DNA from: Octopus vulgaris
Taxonomy: Eukaryota
Direction: 5' to 3'
Length of the DNA: 64,000 bases
Assembly (NCBI GenBank): GCA_951406725.2
Contig: OX597815.1
Span: forward strand, 46,500,001-46,564,000
Shown in pieces: positions 54,300 through 64,000 of the stretch. Every line of letters starts with the position of its first letter. Within the stretch, counting starts at the first letter, position 1. Below the pieces are notes generated by a model. It was not told the DNA's origin and made no database searches. It saw nothing but the letters and a program-made list of their open reading frames with translations. Both the position numbers and the translations under genes were made by a program.

Positions 54300-55490
54300 T
54301 CAGTTTAATTTTCAATACTAAGAGCTGCTAGGTCATTCAGTCTCTCCTATGTCATCATGCTTATTACAAAGCCCATGATGAGCTTTAATTTGCTAAAGAA
54401 AATATCTCAACAGATATTGTTGCAACTGAAAATGTGTAGAATGTTCGTAGTGCAATACACGTATTTAGATAAATGTAATTTAACTTGTACATTTTTATCG
54501 GGTCTAAAAGCTGACGCAGCTCCATATTTTCATTCAAAATTATTTTCACATATTTTTCTAAAATGTACCTTGTCCTCTCTTGCATGCATACTGAGAGATT
54601 CTCTCTTGTTTCTTTTGCTTTAACAAATACATTGCGTATGCACGTTCCTCTTCTGCTACGTTTCGATACTGGCACAAAAACGCATGACAAATTATTATTT
54701 TTGTTTGCAACATGAAACTGCTTTGACACTCTGGCACTCACCGAATCGATAACATGAGAAATAAAACATTCTGCTAGAATTCTTCACAGGCATCATAAAA
54801 ATTTTCTCGAGCCGTCTCTGGTTCATTCATCGTCTTTACTAGCAATGTTTCTTGCATTCAGTTTTGATAGATGGGACTCATTCTCGATTACTTCAGTAAC
54901 AAATTTTGTTTCATTTAAAATCTGTGCCCATTTTTCTTTGTAACTCATCTAAATCATTCGAGCGCGACTTAAGTCCTCATAGCCCGGATGATATGATCTC
55001 CGCCGATTTCCGTAAGCATCTTCAAACTCATCAATGACATAAGGATGCAAATGAAGGATGACACATATTTGATTACATCATTGGTGTCATTAATGGATTT
55101 GGGCCAAAAGCTTGAGAGATAAGTGTTTAAGGAGACAGAATTACCATTGACAAATAATTCTTTAGCGCATGTCTTACTCTAATAGGATGAGCTACAAATG
55201 TTCTCACACCTGCCTTTCTGTCTTTCCAAAGAATGTCTAACAAAGGACAATGAATATACTTTCATCATACTTTTCTCAGCATGAAACCAATGGTAGCCTA
55301 ATTCACAAATAAAAAAAATTATATCCACCAATGCAGTGCTGAGCACTCATTTTCGCTTTCGCCATTTACGTGTACACACACATTTATAGTTATGGTATAT
55401 TCCGTTAGGAAAGTGGCAGAGTATTAAGCTCGTCCACCCTCAGAATTACCCAATGATATCCGTTAGCATTGCTGTATACTTCTCTGTTTC
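54300..55490 (-). pseudogene. Decayed hAT transposase (C-terminal dimerisation domain)
   Basis: NTCIALRTFYTFSVATISVE..FSKLKLI...ERLNDLAALSIE matches the hATC pattern. Confidence 0.75.
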
Positions 55491-55508
55491 TTCAATTATA
55501 TATATATA

Positions 55509-55870
55509 TCTATATATATAAAGCTTAAGTTGTCTGTGTGTGGCAGGTTTGGTAGACTTCAACTAACACTATCTCCTCCGAGACCCTGCGGCGCAAGTTG
55601 ACCAAAATTGCGAGTATGATAGGAGGCTTGCTCTTCAGTCCGTAGTAGATAAAATTCAAATCGGACCATGTTAAGACCAAAAATTATTTACATCAAAAAG
55701 GTGCTTTTTTTCTATGAAAATCCCTATTTTTTACGATTTTTTGACTGCCGTGTCGCCCTTTTTCGGTGTATTTCAACAAGAAAAATGTTCGCTTAAAGAG
55801 AATAACAAGCTACATAATGCAAATTTTTTTACTTTTCAAAAATTTCAATTCTAAAGGGTCGAAACAAACA
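55509..55870 (+). mobile_element. Non-autonomous Helitron-like element, 3'-truncated
   Basis: 5' TCTATATATATAAAG start followed by a short TG-rich tract. A second internal copy is at 20969-21210. No CTAG or hairpin end was seen. Confidence 0.5.
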
Positions 55871-55931
55871 TGAAAAGTCATATTCTTAAGAATATTAACC
55901 TGGAAAAGTACATGACAAGTTATTACACCTG

Positions 55932-56282
55932 TAAAAGTATAGGACAAGCTATTACTTCTAGTAAAGTAAAGAATAAGAAACTTTTTACTTAAAATATTGC
56001 AGCAAAGAATGTCAGTTCTTCTAATTTGTCACTCTTTACAGTTCTCATCTTTTGAATTTATTGTACAAAAGTGTTCAGTTAATTTGTTTGTCTAATTAGT
56101 CACTTTTTTTCTGAATTTAAGGTAGTAAATTAGCCAAATTCTACTTAAATATGTATAGTGTTGTTTGTAAACTATAATAAAATAAGTTTTTATATTCAAA
56201 TTTTAATTTAAGCTGCAATATTTTAAGTAAAAAGTTTCTTATTCTTTACTTTACTAGAAGTAATAGCTTGTCCTATACTTTA
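55932..56282. repeat. ~70-bp perfect inverted repeat with a ~210-bp spacer
   Basis: 55934-56003 is the reverse complement of 56212-56281. Confidence 0.9.
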
Positions 56283-56352
56283 GCATTTTAGTTGTGAACT
56301 GCATCAGTGGTGAAGCTTGGAAGCTGCTGTGATTGACGAAATGGTGGAGTTA

Positions 56353-56447
<95 letters not shown>

Positions 56448-56727
56448 TAAAGTTACAACATGGCCTAGTTTTCACGTTTTTTATTACTGTTTTTTTTTAA
56501 AAACACTTTTACAATGCTGAAGTTAAAAGATATTTTGTAATGTTCAATTAGTGCATTCATACGTTCATAGTAATCATCAGATTTCAAAATGTCTGTTGAG
56601 TTGATTGCTTGACAACTGTAGTAAAAGGACTGACTGCTTTTGGAGTTCATATCTGCATGAGCGAAAATCTGTCCATTTTTTTATTTTTTCGTCCTAATGG
56701 ACAGATTTTCACAAATGCAGATATGAA

Positions 56728-57031
56728 GTAGAAATTTGATCTACTGCATTAAATGCCCTGATTGCGAGGAAATATATATATTGGCGTGACTGGGAATGCA
56801 TTATCGGAACGCTTAGGAGTTCACAGACAACAAATCCGGAACACTAATGTTCGCCAAATTCCATTGAGCGAACATATAGAAACATGTGGCCAGAAAATGT
56901 TTCTAATTTTTCCTTTCTACAGACTACATGACACAAGTGAGATTCGAAGAAAGATAAAAGAAAAACGTTTCATTAACATGTTCAAACCTATTCTTAAGGG
57001 AAATAATAACAATAATATAACAACCAGTTAA
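56728..57031 (+). pseudogene. GIY-YIG endonuclease of a Penelope-like element (frameshifted)
   Basis: NLIYCIKCPDCEEI/YIGVTGNALSERLGVHRQQI...SEHIETC...KEKRFINMFKP. The CxxC-containing GIY-YIG is typical of PLEs; the frameshift lies in an (AT)n run near 56775. Confidence 0.88.
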
Positions 57032-57134
57032 TGTTATGGATTTAAAAATATCTTTAACATATGAATATAAACAAATTACAGAAGACTCCTAGCGATTGAA
57101 ATAAAAACGATCATAAAGCCATTACATGTAAACC

Positions 57135-57312
57135 GCAAGCTAATTGGTTAAAATAAAGGCGGGACCTATACCAGTAATATCGGTGCGCCCGGCAAATCGT
57201 GACGTCTAAGTTGCATGCTGATTGGTCAAAAACCGTATTCGAAAAAATTCAGCAATTCGGAGCCTTCTCAAAGGTATAAAAAGGAAGAAGACAGTCATTT
57301 TACTTCAGTTGT
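57135..57312 (+). promoter_or_regulatory. Putative Pol II promoter in the PLE pLTR
   Basis: Two ATTGG (CCAAT) boxes, GGCGGG, TGACGT, TATAAAAAG near 57274, and Inr-like TCAGTT about 30 nt downstream. Confidence 0.6.
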
Positions 57313-57474
57313 CAAGCACTCAAACCAAATGTCACTCAATACATTTTGAAATCTGATGTTTACTACGATCGTGAAAAAAAAAAAAAAACGTGAAAAGCAG
57401 ATCAAGTTGTAGCTTTATTCAACTGATCTATGATTCTATACACATTTACACAAATTCTATACACATTTACACAA

Positions 57475-57529
<55 letters not shown>

Positions 57530-57735
57530 TGTGTATATATATACACTCAGAAGTATGCATCTATGTGGGCATAAAAGTATGTATGTATTTATAGACATTT
57601 ATACAATGCATGCACATGATTTATACATGTATAAATATGTGTATATATGTATATATATATATATATATATACATTATATACATACGGATAATACATAAAT
57701 ACATAAAAGTATATATATATATGAGTATGTATATA

Positions 57736-57792
<57 letters not shown>

Positions 57793-58072
57793 TTAAGTAT
57801 CCATATGTAGGAGACGGATGGTTGTATATACGTAGGTATTGCATTATGTAGGTCAATGAACAAGGACAGAACAATGAAATAATTACTTTACAATGTAGTC
57901 AATACAAGTATTCACATCTGGGTTACGACTAGTTTCACAGAATTTACTTCTTACATGAAACCAGTGGTGGCTCGCTCATGACTAACTGTAATATACTCAT
58001 TATCAAATATATATGTATGCGTGTGCGTGCACGTGTGAGTGTGTGCGTGTGTGTGTGTCTGTGCGTGTGTGT

Positions 58073-58109
<37 letters not shown>

Positions 58110-58609
58110 TGTGAAACGGTGAATTTATATCTCTATCACTACAAAAATAGTTTGATATGCGCCACATTTGACTTAAGCTTTCTCTATTTGCACTGATCAT
58201 TGTATTGCAGCTAAACTAGCTTTATAATGGATTCTGATTTAGGAACAAGGGAGGCAATTTTTATTGGCGGGTGTTAGTCGATAATATCGACGCCAGTACT
58301 CGACTGATTCTTCCCTTTTTCGCCTTCGGAAGGATGAAAGGCAACACTGATCTCCATGGCATTTCAATTCAGATCGTAAAGAGCCGGAATACTTGCTACT
58401 ACAGGGCATTACGGGCTAGATTTGATGATTTTTATAATTCACGTTTCCCATTTTCAGAAACAGCTTGATGTATTAGTGGACAGTCAACGGCGTTGGAAAG
58501 AATAAAAATTAAAGCTATAGTTCACAAAAGTTTGCTGACATGGAGGACTAGAAGCCATCTTGTATCATGAAGTTTCCCAGCTGCGTTTCATAATGCTGAC
58601 ACCATGAAT

Positions 58610-61600
58610 ACTCACTGAGAGAGAGAATTCGCCGGAGGAACCTAATATCCGAACTGAAGATGAGAAAACAGATGGGAGAGAAGGGTTTACGCATCCAAGA
58701 TGGACAAATAATCAAGTCCTACCTCTGGTCGCATGCTGTAGTGCTGACAGGGAAAGTGAATTGAGGGCGAATCGAAGTAAAGTAGATACCCTCGTCAACG
58801 ATGCCATCTCTGATACCCCTTATTCTGCTTGTTCCCCAACTCCCGCCCCTCAAACTTCACAGCTCAGCATCGTCTATACCAACTCGTGCTCCTTATTTCC
58901 AAAGTTCAGCGAACTATTTACACTGGCCATGCGTGATTTCCCTGATGTGATAGCTATCACCGAGACTTGGCTGACTCCAGCAGTAAAGGACTCAGAAATC
59001 CACCTACAGGGCTACGCCCTCTTCAGATGTGACAGAGAAAAAAGGCGAGGTGGAGGTGTTGCTGTGTATGTTAAATCTGATCTCAAACCGTCCAGCGGTA
59101 TTCTACCCACTAATGCTGAACCTACAACAAAATTCGATGCCGTCTATTGCAAGCTGAGCCTATCCGGGTTTTGCCTGCCCGTGTTAGCTGTCTACAGGCC
59201 GCCTCTTGCCGACCCCCAGGTCGATGCTCATTTACTCGAAGCGATAAGATACGTTTCAGCTTCTCATGACTGTTTGATATTAGGAGACTTCAACGCTCCC
59301 ACGATCGATTGGCCCGCATCAATGTGTACATCATCTTCCCGGTTCGGCCAGGCCCTTCTTGACATGGCTGAAGATTGTTTTCTATCGCAACATGTTGAAT
59401 ATCCGACAAGGCATCGGTCTGGGCAACAGCCATCTATGCTGGATCTGGTATTCTCCCGCTATCCAAGATCAGTGTCAGACGTATCTGTGTGCGCCAAGAG
59501 TGATCATGCGGTCCTGAAGTTCGTCATGCACACAACTTTTTCTATGTCCACGACTACTTCGCTGCCACGTAGAGTCTTCTCTGCAATTAATCTTGAAATT
59601 CTAACCGAGGCTTCCGCGCTTCTGGACTGGCGATCCCTGATGACGTTGTCCTCAGTTGACGAACTATGGTCATCCCTCAAAGCATATGTAATCTGGTTGA
59701 CTGACCAGGCAGTTCCCGTTGGGTTTCCCAAGAAGAAGAAACACAAGCCCTGGGTGACGAAGAAGGTTAAACGAGAACTTCGACTCAGAGATATTGCTTG
59801 GGCTGAATTCAAAAATCTGGATTCGACTGCAGCTTTTGAGGTGTACAAAACTCAACGAGACCGAGCCGTGAAAATTGAAAAGGAAGAACGCTTCAGATAT
59901 GGATACAAAATCGCGGCAAACGCCAGTAGCAATCCAAAAACCTTCTTTGCCCATGTTCAACGGAATTCCCGCTTGAACAACCAAATTGCAACGTTGGTAG
60001 ACTCAAAAGGCGTATCGATTGAGGGCCCTTATCAACAGAGTCAGTTATTTGCTGAAGCTTTTTCAACTATTTTCAAACAAGATGATGGTCGTGAACCCCC
60101 CCCCCCCACCATTTGATAGATCGGTACCTCCAATGCTTCGATTGGTCATCACGCGGGACGAAGTCGAACGCGTTATTCAAGGCCTCGATGTCAACAAGGG
60201 TCACGGCCCTGACGGCATACACCCACGGGCTATCAAAGCGTTGGCTCCGGTCATCTGCGAGCCCTTAACACGTCTATTCAATATGTCATTGGCGACGGGT
60301 GTTATACCTGCGGACTGGAGAACAGCGATAATCTGCCCAATTTTCAAGAAAGGGGGCCGCGAAGACCCGCTTAACTACCGACCGGTTTCCCTTACATCAA
60401 TAATCAGCAAGATGTTCGAAACCATCCTTAAGAAAAGTATCATGCTCCACCTCCAAAACACAGCCTCTATCTCTGATTCCCAACACGGGTTCGTGCCGAA
60501 GAGATCATGCTTGACCAACTTACTGGTAATGCAAGATTTGGTGATGCGCATCCTCGATGATAGTGATGCTGTTGACATCGTTTTATTGGACTTTGCCAAA
60601 GCTTTTGACTCGGTAAACCACCGTCTATTACTTGTCAAGCTTCAAGCATATAGTTTCCATCCGGATATTGTACGATGGGTTGGTGCCTTCCTCTCAGATC
60701 GCTCCTTCCAAGTCCAAGTTAATGGTTCGCGGTCCAACATCTCCAGTGCGAGCAGTGGCGTGCCTCAAGGTTCAGTGCTTGTTCTTAGTCTTCATAAATG
60801 ACTTGCCCGACGACCTCACGCAACACACCCTTCTATTTGCCGACGACGTCAAACTGGTCGCTCCTCGCGGTGATATAGAGGATTTTCGTCGATGCCTCCA
60901 CCAAATTTGGAGATGGTCTATCGAATGGGATCTGTGTCTGAACGTGTCAAAGTGCTGTCATCTGCCTGTTGGCTCTCCTCCTGCAACTCAACTTGATTTC
61001 GAGCCGGGTCGTCTGCTGCTGGAGAGGACCGATCAGGTAAAGGACCTGGGTATCTTGGTGGATTCCTCCTTTTCGCCTTCGGCCCAGTGCGTCCATGCTG
61101 CCAACAAAGCACGCGGAATTCTGTTCTTGATTCGACGGTCATTCGGAATGCTCACAGCAGCCATATTCCTACCGCTCTATGTCACGCTGGTGAGACCCAT
61201 ATTGGAGTACGAGATTCAAGCCTCTTCTCCTTATCTCCTCAAAGACATACAACATCTCGAAAGAGTCCAGAAGCTGGCTACCCGCATGGTTCTTGGTCTC
61301 AAGAATTTGTCTTATGAAGAAAGGCTGAAGACGCTCGACCTTTATTCTCTAGAAAAACGACGACGCCGTGGAGATCTCATTCTTGTTCACAACATCATAA
61401 GCGGAAAGTGTAACCTCTCGAAAGAGCTGTTCTTCACTCCTGCTCCAGAGCGTCGGCTGCGGGGTCATTCCGAAAAGCTCTATCTGCGACGATTTCATCT
61501 CAATCGAAGAAGAGGGGCTTTCTCCGTCCGGGTTGCGGATCCGTGGAATAAGCTGCCAGACGAGATGGTGAAGATGCCGACGACCGCTCGGTTCAAAGTC

Positions 61601-61720
61601 TCCCTTGACCTCAAGTGGCTTGAACTCTTTACATGAACACCACCCTGTACATAACTCCATGTCCCCCTACATGGCCTTGCTTTTTGCTTTTTGAGCCAAA
61701 AAATTAATTAACTAACTAAC
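58610..61720 (+). mobile_element. CR1-group LINE, 5'-truncated within ORF1
   Basis: ORF1 C-terminus (ERIRRRNLISELKMRKQMGEKGLRIQDGQII, stop at 58764), APE plus RT ORF2, short 3' UTR and (TAAC)3 tail at 61709-61720. Confidence 0.92.
58761..61636 (+). pseudogene. LINE ORF2 (AP endonuclease plus reverse transcriptase) with two frameshifts
   Basis: ITETWL, GGGVAVYV, LGDFN, SDH; NYRPVSLTS, QHGF, DFAKAFD, GVPQGSVL, FADD, DLGI. Breaks at the poly-C near 60100 and near 60778. Confidence 0.93.
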
Positions 61721-61769
61721 ATTGCTGCTCAATACTCTGCGAACACTGTAAAAGCTGTAAAACGTGACA

Positions 61770-62372
61770 TAGACCTCATGAAAACCAAGTTTCCCTAAAA
61801 TATGATGGTCTTTGGGCATGTCTCCAGTGAGAGTGGCGTCATGCCACCCCACATCTGTGAACTGGGCCTTAGTCTCAATTCACACAGCTATGTGAAGCTG
61901 TTAGAGTCTGTAGTCAAACCCTGGCTGGAGAGGGTTGCTGCTGGTAGGACATGTATGTGACTCCAGGATTCGGCTTCTTGCCATACATCCGTAAAGAGTT
62001 AGAAGTAGTTGTCAGAGAATTGCTATGATTTCACCAGCCCTAATTTCTGGCCTGCTAATCCCGCCGACTGTAATCCCATGTGTGGGGCGTGGTCGAAAAA
62101 GACACCAATCACTCTGTGTCCAACATAAATGCCGAACAGCTGGCCAAGATGAAGGAGGTCTTCGAAGATCTTCCCAGAGATACAGCGAGGAATGCATGCA
62201 CCAGGTTCCGGAGCCGTCTTGAGGCCTGGTTACTTTCAATAAACTGATATCTCCTTGTTATATCCAATTGATATCTAAAAAAGAAATATCTTAATTACTT
62301 TCATTTTTGGGTGGAATGTTGCGTTTTCTTTTCCTTTTATGCAAAGTGTCAAATTTAGCCCGAACACCCATT
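61770..62372 (+). pseudogene. maT/DD37D-like Tc1-mariner transposase 3' relic with terminal repeat
   Basis: MKTKFP..MVFGHVSS..MPPHI..VKPWLERVA..QDSASCHTS..FWPANPADCNPM; ends in a TIR-like ...AAATTTAGCCCGAACACCC followed closely by TA. Confidence 0.8.
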
Positions 62373-64000
62373 ATAATATCAGCATATTGCCTTTCGAAAT
62401 AACAATATCGCTCAAACATTGTGACTACAATTGCCAGATTAAGGGGAATGACTCATTAATACACCGTGGTAAGACTAACAACGACTAGTACAGCAAGAAC
62501 AATTATCAATAGTTCAGCGAAATAATGGATTATAAGATAAATAAGATCAAACAATGTATAACCGCATTACGTGTTGTTAGGATTAATCAGTGGTGCATAT
62601 GTTCTATATATATATGTGTGTGTGTGTGAGAGGAATAAGAGAGAGAGAGGGAGAGAGACAGTGAGAGGGGAGGGAGGGAGACGAAGAAAAGTGGTGAAAA
62701 GTAGAGAAAGAGAATGGAAAATACAGAGGAGTGAGAGCATTAAATATAAATAGGTTTGAAAACGCTTAGCTTGACGAAATGCTGTTTATGTCAGTCAAGG
62801 TCATATCATATAGGCATATATCAAACGAAGTTACGACTGTGTGTGTGTATACATACATATACATACATATATATATATGCAATCATAAACACACACATAC
62901 ACACACACTCACACACTCACACCCGAGTAAGCACATAAATGTGCTTTCACAAGGTGTGAAAAAAATAGTACTCGAATACCGGAGGTAGAGTAGTATGCTT
63001 TATTATTAAAACTGCAAAAACATCACAAAAATATCACAAAAAAACTGCTACTCAGAGTTTCATACATTATCACATATGTTATTGAATTATAGAGCAAGTG
63101 GTTGAATAATCCGCAGACTGTTATACACTTAAGTAGAATCAAAATGGCGAAGCTGACCTTTTGGATCACAGGGTCACTCTTATCCGACTGGCTCCTACAG
63201 TTTCCGGTCACTCAGTTTTACTCATAAGTCCTGCGTGTACTTGAATCTACAATAAAAGAAACTTGCACATGGTGGTTCTTCGAACTATTTATACGTGTTG
63301 TTAAGCCCTGTTGAAACATATATGAACAGAGTTAGGAGCAAATATTTTCAATCTTGAGCATCCATATTTTGCATATCAGTCGCTATATTCTCTAATGTTG
63401 TCTTCTTTTGCAATTTCTATGGTAAACGTTGGCTGTTATTTCTCACGGTCCAACTGAATACTTAGAGGAGTATTTCTTAAATTTTTGTCGCATGACACAT
63501 TTCGATTTTCTCCCACAAGACATGTGCTCCACTATGAACAGGCAACGTTACTATATAGCATATAAGGCGGTGAGCTGGCAGCGTCGTGAGCACGCCGGAC
63601 GAAATGCTTTGCGGTATTTCGTCCGGCGTACATCCATATATATATATATATACACATTATATATATGTATATATATATATACACACACACAAGCTGGTTA
63701 CTTCAGATTGGAGCGTAGCAAGTGAACATATACACTCTCTCTGTTACACACACGCGTTCGCGCGCCCACGTATGTGTGAAAGAGAGCCGTGTGTAGGCTA
63801 AAAATTGTTTATTAGTGACAGAGGCAGTAGTAACACCGAAAAGTAATATTTATCCCCACTTAAACATGGATGTTCTGTTAGAACAAACTATACTGTATTA
63901 CATAACACGAGAGAAACTCTCATATTGGCTTTTGATGCAAAATGCACTCCTGTTTATATCGTCAGCGGAGAGATAAATCCCCGCCACTTCCAGCGCCGAA

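Larger units (their letters stand above)
56445..57430 (+). mobile_element. 5'-truncated Penelope-like element: inverted pLTR, GIY-YIG 3' end, pLTR
   Basis: 56445-56640 is an inverted, diverged homologue of 57290-57422; fold-back junction at 56647-56728; adjacent (TA)n. Confidence 0.8.

Overview
This is AT-rich, microsatellite-saturated animal DNA with no recognisable host protein-coding gene. It is intronic or intergenic, and the SINE families and repeat composition point to an octopus (inference). It contains: a young full-length Ty3/Gypsy-type LTR retrotransposon (4909-9158; 275-bp LTRs, GCTTT TSD, -1 frameshift signal with a pseudoknot); a 5'-truncated CR1-type LINE (~58610-61720); decayed mariner, Tc1, maT-like, piggyBac, hAT and R4/Dong-like transposon relics; MITEs; many tRNA-derived SINEs; and a Penelope-like (PLE) GIY-YIG 3' fragment. 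The most notable signal is a set of short ORF-less elements sitting in (TA)n tracts. They carry type I hammerhead ribozyme (HHR) motifs, with compensatory stem changes between copies, and form partial-tandem or fold-back arrays of ~0.5-kb units. They are candidate retrozyme-like, PLE-mobilised self-cleaving RNA replicons. Almost all short ORFs in the ORF track are microsatellite artefacts. All alignments and folds were done by eye.
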